From the human T2T-CHM13v2.0 reference genome, Homo sapiens: a stretch of DNA of 64,000 nt. Below the pieces are notes generated by a model. It did not search any database and had not been told where the DNA came from. It saw nothing but the letters and a program-made list of their open reading frames with translations. How positions within the stretch are numbered: the stretch's first letter is position 1; every line of letters starts with the position of its first letter. The DNA lies in NCBI RefSeq assembly GCF_009914755.1, contig NC_060938.1. One strand, written 5' to 3'. Of the stretch, positions 43,625 through 60,934 are shown piece after piece. A program made the position numbers and the translations under genes.

Positions 43625-44025
43625 ATGCATTTCTCTTATGTAAATGCTTAGGTAGGTCTTGAGGGCTACTGATATGGCTCTTTGTGCAATATTTAACCCA
43701 AGTTCCTTCTATCTGTTGGTCCACCATGCATGGGCTATATTTCCAAATTCCACAACAGTCCAAGATGACTGCTCCAGCTCCAGCCAGTGCGACCACCTTC
43801 CAGCCTGCAGAAAAGGAAAAGGGAAGAAGGACACACTACCACCTTTTCATGGCACTTCCAAAAAGTTACACACATATTACTTTTATTTACATCCATTTGT
43901 CGGGATTTAGTCATATGGCCCTATCTAGCTGCAAGGGAGGCTGCGAAATGTACTCTGTGTTCTAGGTGACCAAGTCGCTGGCTAAAATTCAGGGATTCTG
44001 TGACTAAGGAAGAAAATAGCGAGGA
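43625..44025 (-). mobile_element. MLT1-family LTR relic
   Basis: ccaagatgactgctccagctccagcc...ttagtcatatggccctatctagctgcaagggaggctgcgaaatgta. Confidence 0.7.
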
Positions 44026-44499
44026 AGCAACTGATAGTGTTGGTCTCAGAGACCAAACCATGCTAATGAAATGCAGATTCTCTGGTAAACCAGAAGACCA
44101 AGTTATTCAAGAACAGTAAGACTATAATTGTCAGCCAGATGAGAGTGCCTTAGTTGGCTGACCATTTCAATCTCTTCCCAGTAGGCTAGTCTAAATGGTT
44201 AGAAGATTAATGGATCGGACTATGAGAGCCTGATAGATCCCTTTCCATTTCAGGACCTACAAACCTGCCAGGAGAACTAAAACATTCCTGCCAGCCTGGG
44301 AGGGAGCCCTTTTTCTGGGATGATGCTAGAGATGCTTGGACAAACTCTGGCCCCTCAACATTTCTTTACCTGAACTCATCCTAGCTTTATACACTACAAT
44401 TCTACTTATATTTGTTACATTTTAGATGTTGGGAAGAGATTTTGAAGACATACTAGCTCTTTGTTGTGAACTTGGGATTTGCTATTGTCTCATCAGCAG

Positions 44500-44780
44500 T
44501 GTTCATTAACTTGATAAACATTTATTGAGCACCTACTTTTTGCCAGGTATTGCATTATGCTAGGAGTGAATAAGAACCTGTCCTTAAGTTGACTGCAGTA
44601 TCTAAAGAATAGGGAAAGTGATGGGCAAGCATTTGAGAAATGAGTAGGCATTCACTGAGCAAGAGGAATGAAAAGCCATCCCAGGTGAAGGGAAGGCATG
44701 TGCAAAGGCTTGGGAGACACCAAAGAACATGACGTGTTTGGGAAAAAGAAGTAGCTGGGTGGGGCTTGTCGGGAGGAGAT
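44500..44780 (-). mobile_element. L2 relic
   Basis: aaacatttattgagcacctactttttgccaggtattg...ggcatgtgcaaaggc. Confidence 0.7.
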
Positions 44781-44789
44781 GCTGGAAGG

Positions 44790-45230
44790 GTGGCCTCTTC
44801 AGCATCCATTCCCTCTCAGTAACTACCCCATTTTCCTTGGGGTATCCACCCTCCCTACACTTCCCATATTTTTTGGAGGAAGTCGACTCCACCCTGGCCT
44901 AGGCTTGGGGTAAATAGCCCCAGTATAGACTAATCAGCAAAATCCCTTCTTGCCTGCAGATGGGCAAATGACCCAATTCTGACCTGAGAGACTGGAGAAG
45001 ACTTTGCTGGCAGGTTCAGGGAAAGAAGCTCTCTCCCTTTCTCCTTCTATACAGCATGGAGCATAGGTGTGAAAACAGGAATTGTGGCAGCCGTTTTCTC
45101 ACCATGAGAAAAGCCTGCCTGAGCATGAAGACAACACCATGGAGGGCAGAGAGGAAAACACCAAGAAGAAGAAGGGGTTTTGATGACATTGTGGTGCTAT
45201 TGAGTCAAACCTACACTGAAGCCTCCTTGA
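44790..45230 (+). mobile_element. MLT1K/L-like LTR relic
   Basis: agcctgcctgagcatgaagacaacacc...tgatgacattgt...ctgaagcc. Confidence 0.5.
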
Positions 45231-46412
45231 GCCCTCGGCTTTAGGCAGCTTGGGGCTGCAATGTGAAGGACCTTGGGGCTTAGCTTTTATTCTGGGGCAA
45301 TGGGAAACAATAGACAGCTTCAAGGAGCGGGGCAAGCCCACTGGACCTGAATTGTAGGAAGTTGTCTGCAGTGCTGAGTGCAAAGAGCCTGGGCCAAAGC
45401 CAGAAATGAGGACCTGAGCCAAGACAGGAGAAGAGGAAAGAGTCTGAGAGCCACTTGGGTGACAGAAGCCAGACTAACTGGATAAGAGGGCATGAGGAAG
45501 AGGGTGTGTGCTTTAGGAAGAGGCTAAAACTCTTAGCCTGACTACATGAATGGAGAAACTCCCCTTCCCCCTTCTTTTGCCTCTATCACTGTCCCCCTGG
45601 GAAATCATCTCCACTGCCAAACCCTGTATTCTCCTCTTCTGCAGATTCATGCCTCTGATTACAATTCTTTATGGGCATGCCTGGTCCTTTGGAGCAGGGA
45701 CCATGCCTCGTCATCTTCACATCCCCAGGGACTAGCCTGGCACATGGTTGGCACCGGGTCAAGGCTGACTTGGATTGAGTTCTCGCTGAGCTAGGCATGA
45801 GCTGCACCCTCCCCCTGCCCCCAGGGCTTAGTCATCTGTTTCATAAGCAGCTTCCAAAAGCTGCAGCCCCAATACCCAGCTTCCTTGTTGTTGGCAGGTG
45901 TTGGCAGCCCTGAGTGCCAGAACGCCAGGGAGCCAGCCACTGGGAACATGCTAGGGTGGTGAGCAGGAGCCAACTAATCAGGGCTCATATACATTTATGA
46001 GAGGCGTGTGTGTGCTCCCCAGGAGAGCTGTAACGACACTCCCTTTCCAGGAAACACAAACCAGGCCTCTTTCCTTTCTTTTTTCTCACCTGTCCTGTCT
46101 TGTGGCCAGAAGCACATTCATTGGCTTTCCATGCTTCTAAAATAAATCAAATTGGGGGCCACACCCTTCCAAGCTACTTTAGGTTTGCTCCGTGGAAGCT
46201 TTAACCCCTTATCATCCCACCAGGCCTGAAATGCTTGGGTTCCAATTTACAAAAATATTAACTTTTTATGTCCTTTCAGAAGAAGGATCTCAGTTTTCCT
46301 GATGTCTGCTCCCCTGCCCTGGAATTTCTCCCTCTGCTCATAATTCATCCCAAGGATGTTGACTTCTGTGTTTTGGGATGGTCAGGGGCTAAGTGGCATT
46401 GGGGGCAAATAG

Positions 46413-46753
<341 letters not shown>

Positions 46754-48334
46754 CCTTCCTTGTTCTTTTTATCTCGGCCTCCTCTGGGCTTTTGGAAGGC
46801 CTCTTCTTTCTCTAACCCCAAGGTTTTCCTCATTACTCCTCCAAGATTTCAAGGTTTTCCTCTGGTCAGTTTCGTTATGGAAACTCCTGGTTCCCCGCTA
46901 GCCTGCGCTCCTCAGTAGGGCTCTGAAACTCAGCTCTCATCTGCCCCAGTGTTATGTTGTTTTTTTCCCTGTCGCTATGGCAGGGATTAAGACAGGAGCC
47001 AGGGAAGAAGGGCGGGGGGAGGAAAGTGAGCACGGAAAGGCAGAAGAACGATGGGAGAGAGCCTGATTGGAGGGTGTCAGAGCTGAAGGAAACCGACAGA
47101 GAAATGGGCTGAGTGTGTCAAGGGAAGGAAGAGGGATTTGTTTTTCGTTGTTCTATTTTGGTTTTGGTTTTATAGTTTGGATTTGTTTCCAGAGATGAAG
47201 AGAAATGTACTTAGTGCTGAATCTCCCCCAACATAGAGTCATGGCTAAAGAAATCCCTCTCGCATCGTCAGTAATCCAGGGGCAATCTTTAGATCCCAGA
47301 TGGAATAGGGAAAACTCTCAAAAAAGCTTCCAGTTATTCTCAATTCACTTTATGGACAAGCCTGCCCAGTCAGTGTGACAAAGTGACCCAGTACCACTCT
47401 GAGACCAGGCAAGCCCTGCCCTTTGGAGATCCCTTCCCCGCAGGCCTCCCTTTGTCCCTGGGGCGAGGGGGTCCTCAGGGCTGAGGGTGATGCCCAGACA
47501 GAGTCTATGCCCACACCCACCCCTTCCAGCCCATGCTCCATACTCAGGACCCCAGAATCTCTGCCCGAATGGCCCAAGCCCACTTCCAGGTTCTGGGTGG
47601 GCCTGTTTCCATGGTCCACCCTCTCAAGGTAGCCTGTGCAGCCAGTGGCCAAGGGATAGCTGCTTGGGACTGGGCAGTGGGCAGAACCCGGAGGTGCAGG
47701 CTGGTGTCAAGCATGTGCACTTGAGAAGGGGCCCTGGCTGAGGGTTGGAACAAACGGCAGGCAGGCCCTGAGCGGGGCTGCCTTTCCTTCTGCTGCTGCA
47801 TTCTGGTCTGAAGAGTCTGAGGATTCTAAAGTCATACCTGGCCTTCCAGAATGTTATGGAGGTTCATTTGTGAAGACAGGAGAAGAAGACAGGTTTTATT
47901 GAATAATTTCTTATCTTGACTTATAGCTTTTAAATATTTAGATACATGGTATGTGAATTGTTGTTTGAATTCTTGCCCTGGTCCCACAAACCTGTGATAA
48001 AATGAAGATTTGCGTGATGGAAACGACTCTATTTCCAAATCTCTTCTGCTCCATGTTCCAGTCTTTCTCTGCCAAATGCCTTCATTTGAATGCTCTCATC
48101 CTGTGTGAGTCTGTAAATCAGCCTACCACTGAGTAGAAGAAATGGTAGTGGCCATTTTGTGTTCTCAATTTATTTTCACACACACACACACACATATATA
48201 TATATGTGGTCTAGCTTCTGAACCCCCTTTCTGTGTTTGGGGAGTATCCCACTCACACACACACACTTTTCTGAGCCATGGTGGGGAACAGAGCTCACAT
48301 CCCAGAACACAAAGCAAACATTGCTAAGAACTTG

Positions 48335-49125
48335 TCGTGGCCAACACTACCAGTGGCTTCCCCAGATGTCCACTCTCCCCTTCTCCTTTAATAAGAGAAC
48401 CCTCAATGTTTAGCTGGGCACATGGCTGCCTGGGCCAAAGACTACATTTCCCAGACTCTTTTCTGCCAGATGTTGCCAAGCGACCAAGTTTCAACCATTG
48501 AGACAGAAGTGATATGGGCAATTTCCAGGAAGTGGTTGTAAAGGGAGGGAGGGGGCCTGCTTCTTACCCTTTTCTCCTTCCTGATATCTGGAATGTGGAC
48601 TTGATGGCAGGCTCCCAAGCAGCCTTATTGGTCCATAAGGCAGTGTGCAAAGGCAGTGCAGAAGGAGCTCCAGAGTGGTCTCGCTCCAACTTTGTTTGCC
48701 TTCAAACTTTTTTACATAGAGAAAAAAAAAAACTCTTTCTTTTTTTTTTTTTTTTTTTTTTGAGAAAGGGGTCTCGCTTTTTTGCCTAGGCTGGAGTGTG
48801 GTGGCGTGATCATAACTCACTGCAGCCTCGATCTCCCAGGCTCAAGTGATCCTCCCACCCCAGCCTCTTGAGTAGCTGGGACTACAGGCGTGCACCACCA
48901 CACCTGGCTAATTTTTGTATTTTTGCAAAGATAGGGTCTTGCCGTGTTGCCTAGGCTGATCTCAAGCTCCTGGGCTCAAGTGATCCACCTGCCTTGGCCT
49001 CCCAGGGTGCTGGGATTACAGATGTGAGCCGCCATGCCTGGCCAAAAAATAAAGTTCTATGTTGTTTAGACCATAATTATTTTGAGTCTTCTATCTAAAT
49101 AGATAGAACTCAAGCCAAAATAACA
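48335..49125 (+). mobile_element. MLT1I/J-like LTR interrupted by an Alu
   Basis: ccactctccccttctcctttaataagagaaccc...gctgggcacatggctgcc...gactacatttcccagac. Confidence 0.7.
48736..49043 (-). mobile_element. Alu (AluJ-like)
   Basis: Full dimer with T-tail. Confidence 0.93.
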
Positions 49126-49485
49126 CATTTGTCTTCCCAGACTCTCTTGTAGCTAGGTCACAGCCTGTAACCAGGCTCCACGAAGGGCAGGCTCTCTGGT
49201 CCAGGCAGCCTCAGCAATAGGCTCGAGACCTGGGCAGCAGTGGTTGCCCCCGGTGTTCAGTACCAGGGGCATGTGTGAGGCAAGATGAGGTGCCCAGTGC
49301 TTGGTGGCAGTGGTGGCTCCTTACTGAACAGGTTCTGCCATGTGATTTTATGATTTTGGGCACTGTTTTTGGCTATATGGCCTCAACCCTGGTCCTCCAG
49401 TCCACCTGATGATTTTGTGAATATCCAACATCCTGTTAATAAATTCCCATTCTGCTTACATCTGCCAGAGTTGGTCAGTAACCCA
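49126..49485 (+). mobile_element. LTR33-like ERVL LTR relic
   Basis: cttcccagactctcttgtagctagg...cctgttaataaattcccattctgctta. Confidence 0.55.
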
Positions 49486-50359
49486 GTCTTAGCCCCTGTC
49501 AAACTACTTTTTAACAATAAGATTTTACCAAGATTGTTGGTTTTGCCATTAGATGAGTCCATGGAATAATCTCAAACTCAACGTGAGGCATGAATTCCAT
49601 TTAAAGTCAGACAGTCCTAACAATTCTTGTTTCTGAGGGTGCTGTTGATGGGGGCAAAATTGGGTTCTTTGGAATATTCAGTGTCTCTTGGCATAGGGAT
49701 ATGTGCCATCTACGAGGTGAAACATGATATTTTTGGGGGAATACCAACAACAAAAATTAAATACAAATTTAATTAAATGAATACAAAATTAAATTAGAAG
49801 TACATTCAAAGGGTACAGCACTTCACTTGTTCAGAAGTGATTTATGCGGCAACCCCAGCTATTTGGAACACTGCCAGGAACCAGAAAATGAGCAGAAATC
49901 AATACAACCCCCAAAACCAATGAACAGACAAACAACAACTCTCAAAGCAAAACAAGACAAAAAACACTATTCACAGCCAAAATAAATGTCACAGGATCCA
50001 CTGCCTAGATTTTATGTATTTATTCACAGGTGCACCATCTTGACCCTCCTTCAGAGCATATTTACTGTTTGTGTAGACAAAGTTTGAGGAACAATTTGGA
50101 TGAGGAACGTCCCATTCCATAGCAGATTTGAATGTGGACGGGAGAGGGGAAAGGCTGCCGTGGACTGACAGTCTACCAGCAATTATAAGATGGGTGTTAG
50201 CTTGTGTTAAACTCAGAGACAAAGCAGTCAGGAGAGCCTAGCATCAGAGCCGATTGGGTGTAACAGTATCGAGTCTGTGTTATAGCCCAATACACAAACA
50301 GGGAAGGGGGTCATGAAAATCCTGGGTGTCATGAAAAGTTAGAAAAGTTAAACCACAGG

Positions 50360-51365
<1,006 letters not shown>

Positions 51366-51719
51366 AAAGAAGGAGAAAAAAACCAAGAGTCAGGTTCTGT
51401 TTAATGTACTCCATTTAAGAAGGCAAAATAGTATTTAATAACATTAGAAATCTTTCTACCAAAAACAATAATCAGAAAAACCATTTTGGCACTTGGAGGG
51501 CTAAGTTGCAGTTTCTGGAAAGTTTATTTAAATGTGACTGTGTCTCAGCTGCTTTCCCATACAGTGGAGACACCAGAACCTGGAGTCTCATCTCTTTTCA
51601 AACAAATTTCCAAATCCTGAAAAAAAGAGAGAGGAGCCCTTATGGAAGCTCCATGGTATGACACTGAGGACCTTCGCCAGCCAGCTCAAAGTCTGCATTT
51701 TGGCCTCCCTCCCTCTGGC

Positions 51720-52420
51720 TGCTTCCTTATCGGAGTCACCTGAGAGCTGGTTTGAAATGCAGATTCTCAAGCCCTACCCTGGATCTGCTGAATCAGAATC
51801 TGCAAATTAATAAGATCCCTGGGGACTCTGTCTTAGCCCCTTTAATGTTGCTTATAACAGAATACCTGAAACTTGTTAATTTATAAATAAAAGACATTTG
51901 TTTTACAGGTATGAAGGCTGAAAAGTCTAAGGTCAAGGGGCTGCATCTGGTGAGGGCCTTCTTGCTGTTGGGGACTCTGCAGAGTCCTAAGGCAGCACAA
52001 GGCGTCACATGGCAGGGGGACTGCGTGTGATAGACAGGCCTTTCTTCCTTTTCTCTCTCTGTTTTTTAAGACAGGGTCTCATTATGTTCCCCAGGCTGGT
52101 CTTGAATTCCTGGCCTGAAGCAATTCTCCCACCTCAACTTCCCAAGTAGCTAGGTTTACAGATGCTTGCCACTGTGCCTGGTTTTCTCCTTCTCTTAGAA
52201 AGCCACCAGTCCCATTCTCATGATAACCTACTAATCTATTAACCAATTAATCCATTAAGCTATGAATAAATTAATACATTCATGAGGGCAGAGCCCTCAT
52301 TACCCAATCACCTCTTAAAGGCCCCACCTCTCAATATGGCCACATTGGGGAGTTTTGGAGGGGACACACATTCAAACCGTAGCGTGCTCTGAATGCACAC
52401 TGAAGTGTGAGAAGCATTGC
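51720..52420 (+). mobile_element. MER5A split by an MST LTR
   Basis: tcacctgagagctggtttgaaatgcagattctc...ctgaatcagaatctgca; resumes atgcacactgaagtgtgagaagcattg. Confidence 0.75.
51829..52384 (-). mobile_element. MSTC-like solo LTR containing an Alu monomer (about 52062-52182)
   Basis: tgtcttagcc...ggggactctgcagagtcc...catgagggcagagccctcat...cattcaaaccgtagc. Confidence 0.82.
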
Positions 52421-52459
52421 TTAAGACTAGACTATGACTAGGGACCAGATACTCAGTTC

Positions 52460-53583
<1,124 letters not shown>

Positions 53584-53728
53584 CAGATACTCAGTTCTTT
53601 ATAATTTCGGGAAAACTGCCCTTTTGAACAGGCCCAAAGTCGACCCTCCTCGTACTGAGATCCGTGCTGCAGGGGATGGTGCTCAGGAAAAATCTAATGG
53701 ATTGATCGATTCATTCATTCAATTAATG

Positions 53729-53806
53729 TTAGGATGAATCCTATGAAATGGCCATTTTATAGGTCAAAAACAGCTGAATATTGTCAGTTTGACATGGTCT
53801 AGCTCT
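53729..53806. mobile_element. MADE2-like mariner MITE inside an L2 relic
   Basis: ttaggatgaatcctatgaaatggccattttataggtcaaaaacagctgaatattgtcagtttgacatggt, about 80 bp with degenerate TIRs. Confidence 0.6.
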
Positions 53807-53950
53807 TACTATTTGTCAAGCTCCCATTATGTATGAGGCACAAAGCTAGGTACTGGGGGTGGGGCAGGGAGCAAAACCAGCCTAGGCTCCTGCTCTCAAG
53901 GAGCTCATGGTTTGCCATGAAAGATAGTCAATAATTTAAAAAAAAAATCT

Positions 53951-54453
<503 letters not shown>

Positions 54454-55384
54454 CTAGGCAGAGGGTGCAAAGGCCTCCCACAAACAATTATGGAAGGCAG
54501 GGACCCTGTCTGGCTGCAGGGCCTGGCCTGTGGGGCCTGGGGTCTCTCCTCTCCCTGCTGGGAGGTAGCTGATTTTGCCCATGACAGCAACCCCATAGTG
54601 CTCTAGGCCTTTCTGCTTCTCCTGAAACCTTTGTGTTAAAGAGGCTGCTGTGCCTTGACTCCTCCCTGGGAAGGGATTAGCAGACCATGATTTAATGGCC
54701 CTACCAAGTGGTGGAGTGGGGGGCCTAGGGGGCTGGTCTCAAATCTAGATCTCCCCCAGATTGACTGGGATTCTTCTTCCTAGCTCAGCAACCCCTGTGA
54801 CTAGCAGCTACACTGGTTTTATAAGAGCCAGCCCATTTTAGCTAGAGCAGCAGTCGATAGCTTTGTGGTATGGGCGGCCATACATCATTCATATTAAAAC
54901 TGGCCACTGCCATGCCTGAGACATCCTGCTGAGACAGCAAGTCTTTTGTCAGCTGCCTTCTCTTCCCTTGACCCATTTTACTTGGCAGTGGTTCTGTCTT
55001 GGGAGTCCCAGGCCAGGGAGTGACTGACTGGGCAGGTGTCCTCCCTCTTCCCTGTCTCTGCCCTCTTTGGCGCCTCCTCTCGTTCTTTCTACTCTGAGTG
55101 TTCAGTGCTCTCAAGTTTTCTCAGCCTCCTCCATTGGGAGAAAAAAACACCAACAACTTATAATTGCATCCCTGCATTGGCTATTTAATTTGCTCCTCTT
55201 TCAGGCCCCTCTCTCCACCATTGTCTACTCCTGTAGCAGGACGTAGTTCTACTGATGAACAGCCTGGTCCGGGCCCCGACTGTCAGACCAACTGTGGTCC
55301 TTGGCTGGGGGTCCACAATAGTGTTCTTGGCTGGTCCTGCCTTGAGGCCTTGAGATACTGTGTCAGACTTCGTACTAACAGCCG

Positions 55385-55510
55385 TACAAGTTAAGTGTTA
55401 TGGCCCCATTTTACAGACATGAGAACTGAGGTTCCTAGTCAAAGTCACATAGGAAGGACTCAAACCCAGACCCGCTGGACTTTTAAACCTGAACTGTAGT
55501 CTTCTGGGTA
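55385..55510 (-). mobile_element. MIR relic
   Basis: ccccattttacagacatgagaactgagg...aaagtcacatag...actcaaacccag. Confidence 0.65.
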
Positions 55511-56087
55511 AAGGGGTTTCTCACTGTGTCCCTGAATCATTCCCCACCTGCTTCCTACTCCCACCCCTGTCTGTCACCATTTCCAGGAGTCTGAAATTCC
55601 CCTATTAAGAGATTTCTTCCTTGAGGCTGAAAGTATTTTAATTTTCAAGAGCCATTAGTCTGCAAAACCCCTGGGAAATAGAATCCCCTAAACTTTTATT
55701 TTCTAACACCAGAGTGGGGAGAGTTTAGTAGGCCAGTTCTACGGGAGGACATTGAGGGGACAGGACAGACAGGGGTAGAATGAAGGTGTTTGATTCACTG
55801 AGGACCCCTTCTCCCTGGTGCTTTGATGAGCCCAAGTTTAGCTTCCCACCTGGTTCCCGGGGGCCCCACAGCTGATCATTTCCAGCGAGCTATTTTGAGA
55901 GAGCAATTATCCTGAGAGTGCCTTCAGCTCCATCAAGTACAGTTTAATAAGGCTCCTGGGGAGCTGTGAGCTTCAAGTGCTGTGCAGAGTGGCAGAATGG
56001 GTAGGGACACGTGCTCTCTTCTACCTACAGGACCCCAGCTTCTGTGGCTCTGAGAGCCAGGCACTTGGCAAGATAGGCCTGAGTAGT

Positions 56088-56088
<1 letters not shown>

Positions 56089-56132
<44 letters not shown>
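56089..56132. repeat. (GT)n microsatellite, about 22 units
   Basis: Direct reading. Confidence 0.97.
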
Positions 56133-56134
<2 letters not shown>

Positions 56135-56162
56135 CAGGGAGGGGAGGTTCAAACTGACCCCT

Positions 56163-56193
56163 GGTTGTCATGGCAACCCGTCCTTGAGCCAAT
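56163..56193. promoter_or_regulatory. Candidate RFX X-box plus CCAAT box
   Basis: GGTTGTCATGGCAACC (one mismatch from the palindromic GTTGCCATGGCAAC) then agCCAATc 11 bp past the core, in non-repeat sequence. Confidence 0.55.
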
Positions 56194-56619
56194 CTTATGC
56201 TGATCTGAGTGTTTCTGAAGACAAGCTGTAACTTCCTGGCTGACAGTGTTGATTTAGACTGGGTTGAGAGACCCTCTAGATTAAGGGACCACCCTATTAC
56301 TGGCTTTGACACTGTAGGCTTCCAGGATTCAACCCAGGAATCAACATTTTTATTTCTGACTCAACACGGAAACCTCTTTGCTGACCTGCAGTAATAAACT
56401 TGCCCCTTCAATATTTTCCAAGCATCAGTGATATCTGACTCAGGGCCTGAAGGCAAGTGACAAACATCTCCTGTAGGTAGGAATTTATTCCATGAATTTC
56501 CCTTCACTGTCTCCCTTCCACCCTGCCTTGATGCTGAATCCACATGGACTACCCTCTTTTCCTGCATATTTTCCATGATATAGGACGCAGGAATCATAAT
56601 AGCGACTAGGGAGTAGTTC

Positions 56620-56830
56620 ATCAACCTGCCGGGCGTTGTAATAAACACTTGACATGCCTCATTTATCCTCACTACGATCACAGAGGGTACACACAAGGAC
56701 TCATTTCACACACGAGGGCACTGATGTTCGTGGAAATGAAGTGGCCTGCCCAGGGTCACTGAGCTGGGCTGTGGTAGAACCTGGACTTGAGCCCAGCTTG
56801 TCTGATTGTTGAGCCTGGGCTGGAACCATT
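56620..56830 (-). mobile_element. MIR relic
   Basis: ctcatttatcctcactacga...gcctgcccagggtcact...ggacttgagcccag. Confidence 0.65.
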
Positions 56831-57039
56831 AGCATCCTGCCTTTCTGGCTGACCTCTGCGAGCAGAGCCACTCATACATGGTGATATGGATAAACTTAAC
56901 CATAGGAAATTTAAACAAGGCTCCAGGTGGTGGGGTCTTCCCCTTCACTGCCACTTCTGCATTGAATGACCTGGGAAGAAAACCAATTTGTTTAAAGGTG
57001 AAGAGGCACCCCTTCCATAATTTAAGTATTTGGAATATA

Positions 57040-57379
<340 letters not shown>

Positions 57380-57651
57380 TAAAAAGTTCACATTTTATTT
57401 AAAATAGGAATGTAGTGATTTCCAGTCTTTTTAGACTTGCAATGCTCTGTTGCTTTTGTTGTTATTGCTACTTGCTTTTTCTTTTGTTTTTGTAATATCC
57501 TTTCTGTAAAAGGACAGTTATCCGTGACATGAAATTCAATTTAAAAAGTGTTTGCTTTAAATTCTTCAATGGAACCCCTTAAGATAACTGGAGATGCCAC
57601 CCAATCACAGTGATAACATCGTACCAAAAAGAAGTGGCGTGGGTTACCAGG

Positions 57652-57975
57652 TGCTAGAGACTGAATGTTTGTTTCCCCAAATTCCCATGTTGAAATCTTA
57701 ACCCCCAAAGTGATGGTATTAGGAAGTAGGGCCTTTGGTAGGTGACTGGCTCATGAGGGCTCCGTCCTCATGAATGGGATTAATGCCCTTTTAAAAGAGA
57801 CCACAGCCCGGGTGCAGTGGCTCATGCCTATAATCCCAGCACTTTGGGAGGTCGAGGTGGGCAGATCACTTGAGGTCAGGAGTTCAAGACCAGCCTGACC
57901 AATATGGTGGAGGTTACAGTGAGCCAAGATCGGGCCACTGCACTCCAGTCTGGGTGACAGAGCAAGACTCTGTCT

Positions 57976-58015
<40 letters not shown>

Positions 58016-58237
58016 AGAGAGAGAGACCCTGGAGAGCTCTCTCCTTCTACCATGTGAGGACACAGGGAGAAGATGGCCAACTATGAGCCAGGAAGTGGGC
58101 TCTCACCAGACACCAAATCTTCTGGCACTTTGATCTTGGACTTCCCAGCCTCCAGAATGATGAGAAATACATTTCCGTTGTTTATAAGCCACTGAGTCCA
58201 TGGTATTCTGTTATGGCAGCCTGAACGGACTAACATA
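57652..58237 (+). mobile_element. MLT1A-type solo LTR interrupted by an Alu
   Basis: tgctagagactgaatgtttgtttcccc...gcagcctgaacggactaacata; perfect TSD ccagg at 57647-57651 and 58238-58242. Confidence 0.9.
57825..58012 (+). mobile_element. Alu with a central deletion and long A-tail
   Basis: Left arm joins the distal right arm at aatatggtg|gaggttacagtgagcc. Confidence 0.92.
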
Positions 58238-58589
58238 CCAGGTGTGTCCACTTTGTGAAAATTCATTGAGCTATACACTTGAGATTTGTTGCTTTTTGGT
58301 TTGTATATTATACTTCAATTTGGAAATTGACTTAAATATTTTTTAAAATAAAAGAATGAGGGCTTTCTCTGAATGGTTGCAAATTAGAATGCAGGGGCTG
58401 GTGTTCATGTCGAGCTCTCAGGGCCCCTTTAGAATGATCTGGTGCTCCCTGCCATTTGCTGCTCAGGGGCTCACAATGCAGGGTTGCACAGGGTTGAGTG
58501 TAAAGATCTCAGTGTGTGTGCATGTGCAGGAGAGAGGCCGGCCAGCAACTCTAACAGCAGTTGGGTTGTTTTTATTTATATCTTGGCTC

Positions 58590-58760
58590 CAACAGAAACT
58601 AGGTGTGTAACCCTGGACGAGTTCCTTAACCTTTCTGAACTCCAGTTTCCTCATTTGCAGAGTGAGGGTGATAACAAGATCATATCAAAGAATTGCATGA
58701 GAAGGGATTAACTAGGATAACATGTTTAAAGGGCTTAGCCCAGGACCTGGGACACAGCAA
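58590..58760 (+). mobile_element. MIR relic
   Basis: gttccttaacctttctgaactccagtttcctcatttgcag. Confidence 0.7.
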
Positions 58761-58870
58761 ACATGAAAATGATGTATGGAATCAGAATGCCTAGAGATGG
58801 GCTCTGGCATCCAGTTTTTAACAAGGTCCATAGGTGATGCTGGTGCACAGCAAGGTTAAGAATTACACGA

Positions 58871-59168
58871 GGCCAGGCGCAGTGGTGCACGCCTGTAATC
58901 CCAGCACTTTGGGAGGCCGAGGTGGGCAGACCACTTGAGGTCTGGCATTCAAGACCAGCCTGGCCAATATGGTGACACCCTGTCTCTACTAAAAACACAA
59001 AAATTAGCCAGGTGTGGTGGTGGGTGCCTGTAATCCCAGCTACTCAGGAGGCAGAGGCACAAGAATCAACTGAACCCGGGAGGTGGAGGTTGCAGTGAGC
59101 CAAGATCATGCCACAACACTCCAGCCTGGGCGATAGAGCGAGACTCAGTTTCAGAAAAAAAAAAAAAA
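58871..59168 (+). mobile_element. Alu (AluS-like)
   Basis: Full dimer; TSD aattacac. Confidence 0.95.
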
Positions 59169-59620
59169 TTACACTGACCTGGCTTCTGCCCCCACCATTG
59201 CACCGTGGAACATCTAGAATGTTAATTCTCTTCTCTCCTCTCACTGGTTAGAGCAGAGGTCAGAAGGGCCAGATGTTTGGAAAGGGAACATAGATGGCAG
59301 AGGAAGGTCATTCCTTCCTTCCTTCCTCCCCCACACACTCACTGAACGTGTGCCAGGCACTGTGTGGGGGAAGGACAGACAGACGGCCAGGTGTGACTCC
59401 TGTACCCGGGCACTAACTGCTCACCAAGCAAATGGCCCCATCACATGCACTCTGCTGAAGGGGCACAGAACTCGTGGGCGTTGGTATCAGCTTTACCTCT
59501 GTGTTTCTGAGGCTTATTTTTCACATATGTAAAATGAGGGAAATGGACTGGATGGTTTTGGAGTCCTCTCATCCATGATATTCTATGACTTCCATAAGCA
59601 CGCCCCTAAAAACACTGTAC

Positions 59621-60925
<1,305 letters not shown>

Positions 60926-60934
60926 CAAAAATGC

